Positions 9,196 through 17,558 of a stretch of DNA of 44,889 nucleotides are shown here, piece by piece. The notes beneath the pieces were generated by a model. That model worked only from the letters and a program-made list of their open reading frames with translations, did no database searches and was not told where the DNA came from. Numbering within the stretch: position 1 is the first letter of the stretch; each line of letters begins with the position of its first letter. The DNA is from Escherichia phage RuthEpting_Bas85. A program made the position numbers and the translations under genes. Where the stretch lies: sequence record PQ850624.1; one strand, 5' to 3'.

Positions 9196-9789
9196 GTGGC
9201 TGAGGTCTACTCGTTCGCCGCTACCATTGCAACATGGGTAGATAAGACGAAGGAGAACAACGACAAGGCGGTGCGGGCGACCGGTATGCAAATACTCGGA
9301 CGCCTGATTGAGATCTCCCCGGTGGGCGACCCCCGCCGGTGGAAGATTAACAAGGCTTATGCGATGGCCCGCCAGCACGCGAACAAGGTGAACGCCGCAC
9401 AGCGCCGCAAGAATGGCGGCAAACTGAAGCGCGGGCAGAAGAAGCACGCCAGTGTGCTAGTATCGTTCAAGACTAAAAACGGCAACGTCACGTTCCGCCA
9501 GCGTGGCTGGGCCGCGAAGAATTACACCGGCGGGCGCTTCCGGGGAAACTGGCAGGTGTCTTTCGATCGTCCGGCTGTTGGCGCTGTTGACCGGGTGGAC
9601 AAGGCCGGAACGGCAACATTGGCGGCGGGGCGTGACGTGCTGGCGCATTACGATTCTGGCGAATACGGGTCGATCTGGTTTACTAACAATGTGCCATATG
9701 CGCAGCGGCTTGAGTATGGCTGGAGTAAACAAGCGCCCGCGGGGATTGTTCGCGTCGTAGCGGCAGAAATCAATTCGAAGGTGAAATAA
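9196..9789 (+). CDS. tail completion protein (HK97 gp10-like, putative)
   Basis: GTG start after RBS AGGGGG; 197 aa; C-terminal NNVPYAQRLEYG segment typical of gp10-family head-tail proteins. Confidence 0.55.
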   Translation: MAEVYSFAATIATWVDKTKENNDKAVRATGMQILGRLIEISPVGDPRRWKINKAYAMARQHANKVNAAQRRKNGGKLKRGQKKHASVLVSFKTKNGNVTFRQRGWAAKNYTGGRFRGNWQVSFDRPAVGAVDRVDKAGTATLAAGRDVLAHYDSGEYGSIWFTNNVPYAQRLEYGWSKQAPAGIVRVVAAEINSKVK

Positions 9790-10211
9790 TGAGCAATACT
9801 CTAATCCGCAAGGCGCTTAACAGCGTAGTTGAAGAATTATCGGTAAGCCTGAGCACTAACCAGCGCCCGATCAAGGTTAACTGGGAGAACGTGAAGGGCG
9901 ACCACGCTATCGGCAATGGCGTGTACCTGGAGCCGTACTTGCTTCCGGCACCGACCCAGTTTGTTGGCATTCAGCAGAAGGGCCGGATCTACGCAGGCGT
10001 GTATCAGGTTGCCGTAGTGTTCCCCGCGGGCACTGGCACACAGTATGCGAGCGAACTGGCGGACGCCATCGCGACGTCAGACAAATGGCAGGGCGTAAAG
10101 ATTACCGGCGCTACCTTCCAGCTTCAGGACGCGCCCTACACCAGTTCGGTGATTGAAGATATCGACCGCGCCCGCATCGTGGTATCGGTCCTGTATAACT
10201 GTTGCGCCTGA
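9789..10211 (+). CDS. tail terminator / tail completion protein (putative)
   Basis: 140 aa immediately upstream of major tail gene; assignment by position. Confidence 0.45.
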   Translation: MSNTLIRKALNSVVEELSVSLSTNQRPIKVNWENVKGDHAIGNGVYLEPYLLPAPTQFVGIQQKGRIYAGVYQVAVVFPAGTGTQYASELADAIATSDKWQGVKITGATFQLQDAPYTSSVIEDIDRARIVVSVLYNCCA

Positions 10212-10272
10212 TTTGGCGCAATTCTGCGCGTGCTGTATCATTAATCCGTATATCTAAACAGGAGCTTTCATT

Positions 10273-10998
10273 ATGGGTTATCAACTTCCTAACGGGTCTA
10301 GCGTCCAGATTGGGTCCGTACTGGGCGACGGCATCGCTGTTACGGCAGCTACCAACGCCACCGCGTCGATCTCTGACCTCGCTACCGGTTGCGTTATTAC
10401 CTGCGCGGAATCTCATGGTCTGGTTGTTGGTGATGTGGTTATGTTCACTAAAACCCCGTGGGTCCGTGCGCTAAACCGCGCGTTTATCGTTGGCGCAGTG
10501 TCTACCAACGATGTGACGCTGGCGCGCTTCGACTCCTCGGACGTCACCAAATATCCTACCGGTGCTTTTGCAGTAGGCACTCCGGGTGAAGTGGTGAAGG
10601 TGTCGAGCTTTATCGACTTCCCGTTTATCACCAACGTTGCCGTGTCGGGTGGCGACCAGCAGACGACTACCTTCCAGCCGTTGCAGGTTAACACCGCGAT
10701 CAGCCTGAACACCACGAAAAACCCGTTGGTCCAGACTTACACCTTCACCCACGACGAAGAAGACCCGATCCGCCCAATCCTGGAAGACCTGGACGACACG
10801 CAGAAGACCACCGTGATCAAGTTCACTAACCCAGCGGCAGCAAGCGGCAAAGGTGAAATTCGTATTTACCCGGCTAAGGTATCTTTCCAGAAGATTCCGT
10901 CCGCTGAAGTAAACAACGTTGAAACGGTACAATCCACTCTGACCATGCAGTCTGATATGGTTATCTACCGTAAGGATCTGGTCGAGGCATTGTCTTGA
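10273..10998 (+). CDS. major tail protein
   Basis: 241 aa, Thr/Val/Gly-rich beta-type composition, followed by terminator and G/GT chaperone genes (lambda V-G-T-H order). Confidence 0.7.
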   Translation: MGYQLPNGSSVQIGSVLGDGIAVTAATNATASISDLATGCVITCAESHGLVVGDVVMFTKTPWVRALNRAFIVGAVSTNDVTLARFDSSDVTKYPTGAFAVGTPGEVVKVSSFIDFPFITNVAVSGGDQQTTTFQPLQVNTAISLNTTKNPLVQTYTFTHDEEDPIRPILEDLDDTQKTTVIKFTNPAAASGKGEIRIYPAKVSFQKIPSAEVNNVETVQSTLTMQSDMVIYRKDLVEALS

Positions 10999-11028
10999 TT
11001 TGGTCGCTTAAATAGCGAGTGTTAATAT

Positions 11029-11051
11029 GGGGCCAGCACGGCCCCTTTTTT
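11029..11051 (+). terminator. rho-independent terminator after major tail gene
   Basis: GGGGCC-agcac-GGCCCC followed by TTTTTT. Confidence 0.75.
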
Positions 11052-11067
11052 ATTGGAGAATATTACA

Positions 11068-11430
11068 ATGGCTAAAGCACCACTCTTCACACTTGACCCT
11101 AAGCCGACCTTTAAGCTGCCGATTGAGATCCCGCGCCCTGGTGAGAACGAGCCGGGCAAGATGACCTTTACCGTCCGCCACCGCCCGATCGACGAGTTTT
11201 CGCAGACCATGCAGGACACCGAGCGCAAGCTGTCGGAATATGACGACAATGACCCGGACGGCTTTAACGTTATGGTTGAGGCCATCATGCACGTCGCTGA
11301 AGGCTGGAATCTGCCAGACCAATTTAACGCTGAGAACGTCCGCCGCCTGGTAGTCAACTACCCGCGCGCGTTCGGCGTGTTCCACACCTCGTACTATCTC
11401 GAATTGATGGGATTGCGTGAAAAAAACTAA
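11068..11430 (+). CDS. tail assembly chaperone (gpG-like)
   Basis: Start at ATG 11068 (RBS GGAGAA); 120 aa; ends in slippery run GAA-AAA-AAC-TAA. Confidence 0.8.
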   Translation: MAKAPLFTLDPKPTFKLPIEIPRPGENEPGKMTFTVRHRPIDEFSQTMQDTERKLSEYDDNDPDGFNVMVEAIMHVAEGWNLPDQFNAENVRRLVVNYPRAFGVFHTSYYLELMGLREKN

Positions 11431-11744
11431 TTGAGGCGGCGCGACGCTTTTATGGCCCGCCGCCACCCTCCGAAGATGTAGCCGCAAGTTTATGGGGCGC
11501 GGCCCCCGAAGATGTTTGTCCGTCTGTTGCGCTATGGCCCGACAACGCGAAGATAGTCGCAGTCTTCACAGATTGCTCTACGCAATGGCGCACCGGATTC
11601 GGTGGGGCATACGGCATCGACTACGGCGTGCTGGAATGGCTATTTAAGATGCACGGCATCGAAAACGAGCAACGTGCATTTAAAGATATCAAGCTAATGG
11701 AGCGAATCGCGCTTGATGAAATGGCGCAACAAAACCCCGCATAA
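11068..11744 (+). CDS. tail assembly chaperone GT fusion via programmed -1 frameshift
   Basis: The -1 frame is open from the slippery heptamer A-AAA-AAC (11421-11427) to TAA at 11742-11744 and encodes a gpT-like tail (GGAYGIDYGVLEWLFKMHGIENEQRAF). Confidence 0.6.
11421..11427 (+). other. -1 ribosomal frameshift slippery site (A AAA AAC)
   Basis: Heptamer of form X-XXY-YYZ at the end of the G-like ORF; downstream -1 frame open for ~105 codons. Confidence 0.55.
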
Positions 11745-11748
11745 TGAA

Positions 11749-12018
11749 GCGGGACGGATCGGGACGTCCCGCTTTGTCCCGTTTTGTCCCGCCACCTGCA
11801 AAACTGCATACCTACTCACTTTCATTGCATAAACTAAAAGCGGGACGAGCGGGACGTCCCGATCCGTCCCGCCCCCTAAATGTGCATACCTATTCAGATT
11901 TCGTGCATAAAATAAGCGGGACAGAAAGCGGGACAAACATGGGGCGGGACAAAGCGGGACAGCACCCCGTCCCCGTCAGTGCTGCCGCGGGTTTTAGCCG
12001 ATCGGGACAAGCGGGACA
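11749..12018. repeat. iteron array A (GCGGGACA / TGTCCCGC, both orientations)
   Basis: At least 5 exact GCGGGACA copies (11916, 11928, 11944, 11954, 12011) plus GGGAC-core variants; two identical 12-bp palindromes CGGGACGTCCCG (11760-11771, 11850-11861); two tandem ~80-bp units carrying TGCATA...GCATAAA. Confidence 0.8.
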
Positions 12019-12023
12019 AACCC

Positions 12024-12072
12024 CAGTCTTTCAGACTAGACGGGGGTCAATGGCCCCCCTCGTCTGAGACTG
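12024..12072 (+). other. long imperfect hairpin A (conserved copy at 39750-39799)
   Basis: CAGTCTTTCAGACTAGACGGGGG-tcaatg-GCCCCCCTCGTCTGAGACTG; arms identical in the second copy, loop differs. Confidence 0.6.
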
Positions 12073-12140
12073 AATAAGGTTTGTTTGAAATTCGCTGATA
12101 CAATGTCAATCGGCAACTGCATAAAAAAGGGGACTGCATA

Positions 12141-14786
12141 ATGGCAGATCAAGCAGCAGGCATCACGCTAAAGGCGGATGTTGCACAAATCAGAACGGCG
12201 AATACGGTGCTGGACTCATTCGCGCAGAAGTCCGAGAACACCGAAAACAAGGTTAAGAAATTAAACGACACACTCGGCAACACGAAAAAGGTGACGGGTG
12301 ACGCCGCGGGCGGAATGGGGAAGCTGGCAACTGAATCGCAGCGCGCCGCAGATGGCATGACGAAGCAGGAGCGACTTGCCAACCGCTTAGGCATGTCGAC
12401 TAAAAACCTGGGCTTTGCCTCACGTAACGCCGCATTTCAGTTACAGGATATTGCGGTCACGCTAGAGATGGGTATGCCGGTGCACCGCGTCATGATTCAG
12501 CAGTTACCGCAGTTAACCGGGGCATTCGGTGGGCTGGGTAATACGCTGCGTTATGTTGCTGGCTTTCTCGGTCCGGTAGGGATCGGCCTTGCTGCGGTAA
12601 CGGCGACGTTAGGCGTAGGCGTGGCGATTACGTCCCGTGCCGAAAACCAGGTAGCGGCGCTGAATAAGACGCTGGCGCTATCAGGTAATATCTCTGGCCT
12701 CACCGCTAACCAGATCCTGGTGCTGTCGGAGAACGCCGAACGCATGGGCGGGTCATTCAGCAAGACGCGTGACACAATTCAGGCACTGGCGGCAGCAGGT
12801 GTGAAAGCGGGTGCTGACTTCGGCGCACTGGCGAAAGTGGTGAACGACTTCGCGAAGGTGTCTAATCAGCCGATCGCTGACGTGGTGGAGTCCATCTCCA
12901 AATTGTCCAACGACCCGGTGGGCGGATTGCGCGCACTGGCGGACAAGTATCACGTCGTTACCGAGGCGCAGATCCAGCAGGTGCAGTCACTGGTTACGAC
13001 GGGTCGCGAAACTGAAGCGGTGGCGTTGGCTAACAAAACAGCCGCGGCGTCGTTCACCAGCATGACCAACGAGATCAAGTCCAACATGGGTACGCTTGAG
13101 CGATCGATGAACGTCGTCACATCGGCAGCTAAATCTATGTGGGATGCCATCCTGGATGTGGGCCGCGCGCAGTCCTCGAATGAGTCCGAGATGAAAGCGC
13201 GTGAGTCCTTGCAGCGCATGACAACGGCTTACTATGCCGAGATGAAAGCGGTAAACGCTGCCGGTGGGGTAATGACCGAGGCGCAGAAAGCACGAATTAA
13301 CATGCTTTATAGCGAACTGGTCGCCCAGGAGAAGGTCGTAGCGTCACTCACCCTGCGCAACCGTGCTGAGCGCGACAACGCCAGCGCCGCGGACAAATCA
13401 GCGAAGGCGAACGAGGAGGCCAACCGCACCGCCCGCGACCGCGCCGCGTTCGAGAAGGAATTTGCCACCAACGCGCAGAAGCGCGCCGACGAGATCGCCC
13501 GCCTCAATTTGCTGAATAAGCGCGGTGTGATTAACGAGAAAGAACTAGCCGAGGCGGTGAAGCAGGTCAACGAGCGCTACAAAGACCCCGCACCGAAGAA
13601 GGCGGCGGCTATTCGCGTGGATGCCGGTGTCAAAATGCTGGAGGTCGCACGGAGCGAACTGGCACAGCTTAAGGAGTCCGGCAAGCAGATCGAGGCCAAT
13701 GCAACAACGCAGACCCGCACGCAGCGCGCACAGGCCGCGTTGAATAAGCTGGTGGCGGATAATGAGCAGATGGTCGCCGCAAGCATGGAGCGCACTCTAA
13801 CGGCAGCAGAAAAGCAGCAAATGGCGGAGTTCGAGGCGGTTAAAGCGGTACGCGAGCAGATCGTCGAAGAAGCCAAATTGCTGGACGCGAAAGAGAAGCA
13901 GATCAAGGCACACGCCCAGGTCGAGGCATTCATCAAGAACCAGAACGCTGAGCTAAGGGCCACCGCTGCGGGCTATGCGCTTTCCACTCGCGAAGCGGCT
14001 AACCTGCGCGAAGAATTACAGCTAATTGACCGCCTTCAGCGTGTCGGCGCTAACGATACTGATATTGACAACGCGGTGTCTAAGCTGCGCGAAGTGCAGG
14101 AAGCACAGACCGGTGCTAACGCCTCGTTGTGGGATGGCTTCAGCCGCGGGCTTAAGGATAGCGTGGATGAAATGGGTAACGGCTACACGCAGATGACGTC
14201 ACTCACAAAATTCACGTTCGGCGCTATGCAGGACACGATGAACAAGTTTTTCGAGACGGGCAAGCTGAGCGCGAAGGATATGGTTAAGTCCATCCTGAGC
14301 GAATTAATCAAGCTGGCTACCTCGCAGGCGTTCAAATCCATCGTTAGCGCTTTCGGCGGTGACGGCGGCAAAAACGGATTGTTCGGCGCTATCTTCTCGG
14401 GCCTCACTAAGAACGCAGACGGCGGAGCGTACGCAGGAGGCAATCTAGCGGCCTATTCCGGGCAAGTGGTAAGCCAGCCTACCTTTTTCAGCTATGGCGT
14501 CCAGGAGTTCGCGAAGGGCGCAGGATTGATGGGTGAGGCTGGACCCGAGGCAATCATGCCACTGAAGCGCGGGCCGGATGGGAAACTGGGCGTTGCCGCT
14601 GCCGGTGTTGGTGGGGGTGGGATGATTGTAACGACCAACGTGAACATGGGGACCGGTAAAACGGACACCAGTGTGAGCGGACCGGACCCACGCACCGCGC
14701 AGGCGTTCGGCAAGCAAATCACCGAGTCGGTCAAGGCTGAGATCGTGAAAGCGACGAAACCGGGTGGAGTACTTTACAAACGATGA
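12141..14786 (+). CDS. tail tape measure protein
   Basis: 881 aa, long alpha-helical Ala/Gln/Glu-rich protein with hydrophobic segments and Gly-rich C-terminus; follows the G/GT chaperone. Confidence 0.9.
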   Translation: MADQAAGITLKADVAQIRTANTVLDSFAQKSENTENKVKKLNDTLGNTKKVTGDAAGGMGKLATESQRAADGMTKQERLANRLGMSTKNLGFASRNAAFQLQDIAVTLEMGMPVHRVMIQQLPQLTGAFGGLGNTLRYVAGFLGPVGIGLAAVTATLGVGVAITSRAENQVAALNKTLALSGNISGLTANQILVLSENAERMGGSFSKTRDTIQALAAAGVKAGADFGALAKVVNDFAKVSNQPIADVVESISKLSNDPVGGLRALADKYHVVTEAQIQQVQSLVTTGRETEAVALANKTAAASFTSMTNEIKSNMGTLERSMNVVTSAAKSMWDAILDVGRAQSSNESEMKARESLQRMTTAYYAEMKAVNAAGGVMTEAQKARINMLYSELVAQEKVVASLTLRNRAERDNASAADKSAKANEEANRTARDRAAFEKEFATNAQKRADEIARLNLLNKRGVINEKELAEAVKQVNERYKDPAPKKAAAIRVDAGVKMLEVARSELAQLKESGKQIEANATTQTRTQRAQAALNKLVADNEQMVAASMERTLTAAEKQQMAEFEAVKAVREQIVEEAKLLDAKEKQIKAHAQVEAFIKNQNAELRATAAGYALSTREAANLREELQLIDRLQRVGANDTDIDNAVSKLREVQEAQTGANASLWDGFSRGLKDSVDEMGNGYTQMTSLTKFTFGAMQDTMNKFFETGKLSAKDMVKSILSELIKLATSQAFKSIVSAFGGDGGKNGLFGAIFSGLTKNADGGAYAGGNLAAYSGQVVSQPTFFSYGVQEFAKGAGLMGEAGPEAIMPLKRGPDGKLGVAAAGVGGGGMIVTTNVNMGTGKTDTSVSGPDPRTAQAFGKQITESVKAEIVKATKPGGVLYKR

Positions 14787-14792
14787 TAAAAT

Positions 14793-14822
14793 GGCCCTCA
14801 CATACAACGTGGGGGCTTTTTT
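14793..14822 (+). terminator. rho-independent terminator after tape measure gene
   Basis: GGCCCTCAC-atacaac-GTGGGGGC followed by TTTTTT, directly before ATG 14823. Confidence 0.6.
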
Positions 14823-15422
14823 ATGGCGCAAGGTACAATCACACTAACGAACGGAAGTAAGACCGTCACGGGCGCGGGGACGGCGTTCCTGAGCGAGATC
14901 GGGAAGGTCCGCGTATTTGCCCGCATCGACGGCAACGACTACACCGGTAAAATCGCTGCATTCAACTCTGACACCGTCATCACCCTGGTGGATAACTGGG
15001 CCGGTCCGACAAAAGCCGGTGCAGCCTACGAGCTAATCGAAGCGCACGACCCGCGATCAAACGAATGGCCCTATTACTGGCACATGCAATTGCAGGGCGG
15101 CGGCGACGTGCAATTGGCTTTCCGGTCGGAGGAATTGCAATTCGGTAACGGCTATGGTCAGAACATCGCAGACGGCCCGAACGCCGAGACGAAACAGTTC
15201 CCCGTGCAATTCATCGGACTGACTACGGACAAGTGGTGTGACCCTAAACTGGTGTACAACTTCCTTCGCGGGCACTTCGTCAAGCCGTTTGTCGTCACCG
15301 CGCCGGATGGCGAAACAGGTTTATTCGTGGTCGAGCGTTCGAGCTTGTCGTACACTGACAACGGACACTACACGGCAACTGTATCAGCCACCCTTAAGAC
15401 TGCTATTGGATTCGTAAGATGA
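14823..15422 (+). CDS. minor tail protein (gpM-like) with fibre-type N-terminal domain
   Basis: C-terminal half resembles lambda gpM (LQFGNGYGQ..., YNFLRGHFVKPF). N-terminal ~80 aa (MAQGTITLTNGSKTVTGAGT...SDTVITLV...GPT) parallels the N-terminus of the side fibre at 22299. Confidence 0.7.
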   Translation: MAQGTITLTNGSKTVTGAGTAFLSEIGKVRVFARIDGNDYTGKIAAFNSDTVITLVDNWAGPTKAGAAYELIEAHDPRSNEWPYYWHMQLQGGGDVQLAFRSEELQFGNGYGQNIADGPNAETKQFPVQFIGLTTDKWCDPKLVYNFLRGHFVKPFVVTAPDGETGLFVVERSSLSYTDNGHYTATVSATLKTAIGFVR

Positions 15423-16207
15423 ATAAACTATATCGCGAGGCGACGCGCTTTGACCCATCGGGCCGCGTTCGCCTGATTCACATTGACGCGCAGGACGTGG
15501 AGCCGGGCGACGGCGCGATCGGCGCGGGCCACCACTATTTTCATTACTGCTTTATTCCGCATACTGCCGAAGATATTGCTGCCGCTGGTGGAGACGAGGA
15601 CAAGCTGAAGCCAAAATCTATCTTCTTTGGCGGGCAGGAGTTCGAATTTTGGCCCTTCGATTTGTCCGGCCTCAACTTCTCCACATCAACGGCAGCAGAA
15701 CCGCAGCTAACTATCGTCGATATTGGCGGGATTATTACCCGGCTATCGCTGAATCACGACCAGCTACTTGGCGCGAAGGTTGAAATCATAGACACGTTTG
15801 CTAAGTTCCTGGACAACGGGCCAGATCCAGACCCAACGCAAAAACGTGTACAGGAGTTTTACATCGACTCCCAGGTGGGCCGAAATCCGGGCAAACAAAT
15901 CACCTTCGCATTATCCTCGCCCGCGGATATGGAGGGGCAAGTAGTCCCGCGCCGCCAAATCATGAACATGTGCGAATGGGCGCTCAATGGGAAGTACGCC
16001 AGCGGGGACGGGTGCACGTGGAACCTTGCACAGCCAGGCATCAAGTATTATGACGAGCGCGGTAATGAAGTCATCGCGATGGATATGGACCGGTGCGGCG
16101 GCTGTTTGTCCGACTGTTATCTTCGATTTGGACAAGGGCTTGCAGATCCGAAAGCGGCGGTACTGGACTACGGCGGCTTTCCGGGGTCCAGATTAATTAA
16201 GGGGTAG
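15419..16207 (+). CDS. minor tail protein (gpL-like)
   Basis: 262 aa; C-terminal Cys cluster (CEW...CTW...CGGC...CYL) consistent with the Fe-S motif of lambda gpL; position M-L-K-I-J. Confidence 0.85.
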   Translation: MNKLYREATRFDPSGRVRLIHIDAQDVEPGDGAIGAGHHYFHYCFIPHTAEDIAAAGGDEDKLKPKSIFFGGQEFEFWPFDLSGLNFSTSTAAEPQLTIVDIGGIITRLSLNHDQLLGAKVEIIDTFAKFLDNGPDPDPTQKRVQEFYIDSQVGRNPGKQITFALSSPADMEGQVVPRRQIMNMCEWALNGKYASGDGCTWNLAQPGIKYYDERGNEVIAMDMDRCGGCLSDCYLRFGQGLADPKAAVLDYGGFPGSRLIKG

Positions 16208-16209
16208 TC

Positions 16210-16950
16210 ATGTTAACGAAAAAGGTTAAGAGCGATATCGCCGCACACGTTGCGGCATGTCTGCCTGAAGAAGCGTGCGGCCTGGTCGTCATGGTGGGCC
16301 GTAAGCAAGTATTTATCCCGTGCCTGAACGTGTTCGAAGACCCGACCGGCGCGCGATCGCGTAAGGACGCGTTTACAATTAGTGATATGGCATGGATGGG
16401 CGCCGAGGATATTGGCGACGTCGTGCGCGTAGTCCACTCACATCCAGGTCAGCGGGAGTTAACCCCATCATTGGGCGACGTTAACGGATGCAACGGCAGC
16501 GGCATAGTGTGGACCATTACTAACGAGTACGGCGACTTTATCGAGATCGACCCTGAAGACCCACCACTGGTAGGTCGCCGATTTGTTCTCGGAATTACGG
16601 ATTGCTATGGCCTCGTCATGGACTGGCACAAAAAGCAGGGCGTGAATCTGCCTGACTTCCGCGTGCCGTACAACTGGTGGGAGATGGGCGAAAGCCTGTA
16701 CATGGATAACTGGTATGATGCGGGATTCAGGGAGTGCGCGGAGAATACGCCGGGGGCAATGGTCATCATGCAGATTAGCGCACCAGTGCCAAACCATGCT
16801 GGGATCTTCCTTCCGGGCAACCAACTACTACACCATATCTACGGCAGCCTGTCGAGCGTGGTCCCCTTCCGGGCAGGATTTTTCCGCGACAATGTGGTTA
16901 AATGGGTACGTCATAAAGACTTACCTGGGGAAATCACAGAATGGCAATGA
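16210..16950 (+). CDS. tail assembly protein (gpK-like; MPN/JAMM + NlpC/P60 domains)
   Basis: JAMM-type motif VVHSHPGQ...SLGDV and a C-terminal Cys/His hydrolase-like region (ITDCYGLVMDWH). Confidence 0.85.
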   Translation: MLTKKVKSDIAAHVAACLPEEACGLVVMVGRKQVFIPCLNVFEDPTGARSRKDAFTISDMAWMGAEDIGDVVRVVHSHPGQRELTPSLGDVNGCNGSGIVWTITNEYGDFIEIDPEDPPLVGRRFVLGITDCYGLVMDWHKKQGVNLPDFRVPYNWWEMGESLYMDNWYDAGFRECAENTPGAMVIMQISAPVPNHAGIFLPGNQLLHHIYGSLSSVVPFRAGFFRDNVVKWVRHKDLPGEITEWQ

Positions 16951-17558
16951 CCACATTTAAATTGTACGGCGTCTTAGGACGTCGTTTTGGTAAAGTGCAT
17001 AAGCTGGACTGCTTCACACCTGGCGAGGGTATCACCGGCCTATGCGTGAAGTTGCCAGGCTTACAGGACTTTCTAATGTCGGCCCACCTGGAAAACATGA
17101 TGTTCAAGGTGCGCAAGGGTAATCACACAATGACCGGCTACGACGAGTTGGGTGAGTTCCACGGCGACCGCGTAGTTACCATCGCGCCGGTTATGACTGG
17201 TGCTAAAAGCGGACTTGGACAATTGCTGGCTGGCGTAGCTATCGTGGTGGCGTCGTTCTACACTGGCGGGCTTGCCGCTGCCGCTTTCGGGGCTTCCGCT
17301 GCGACCGCCGCCGCTATCGGAACGGCGACGTTTTCGTTCGGTATGTCGCTTGCGCTGGGCGGCGCTATGCAATTGCTGTCACCGCAACCGAAAGGATTGC
17401 AGACACGGCAGGACGTGGATAACAAGGCGTCGTATGCGTTCGGCGGGCCGGTAAACACGACCGCGCAAGGCACAGCACTTGGTGTATTATGGGGAGAGCG
17501 TGAGATCGGCGGCGCTATTATTTCAGCCGGAATTGTAACCGAGGATTTGAACGAATGA
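16941..17558 (+). CDS. tail assembly protein (gpI-like)
   Basis: 205 aa with Gly/Ala-rich hydrophobic C-terminal half; position between K-like and J-like genes. Confidence 0.7.
   Translation: MAMTTFKLYGVLGRRFGKVHKLDCFTPGEGITGLCVKLPGLQDFLMSAHLENMMFKVRKGNHTMTGYDELGEFHGDRVVTIAPVMTGAKSGLGQLLAGVAIVVASFYTGGLAAAAFGASAATAAAIGTATFSFGMSLALGGAMQLLSPQPKGLQTRQDVDNKASYAFGGPVNTTAQGTALGVLWGEREIGGAIISAGIVTEDLNE

Noticed and set aside
11760-11771. CGGGACGTCCCG palindromes as MetJ boxes; GGTGGATAA (36717-36725) as a DnaA box
   Set aside because: The MetJ consensus AGACGTCT is matched only in the central GACGTC, and the DnaA-like site is single with one mismatch; both are too weak to call host-factor sites.
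11749-12018. Possibility that the iteron arrays are CRISPR arrays
   Set aside because: Repeat unit is only ~8 bp, occurs in both orientations with irregular 3-8-bp spacing, and has no uniform spacers or cas genes.
11744-12067. 107-aa plus-strand ORF across iteron array A (and its counterpart 39539-39841 across array B)
   Set aside because: Reading frame produced by the GC-rich repeats; the two copies conserve DNA motifs and hairpin stems but not the frame (1-nt loop indel), so protein coding is unlikely.
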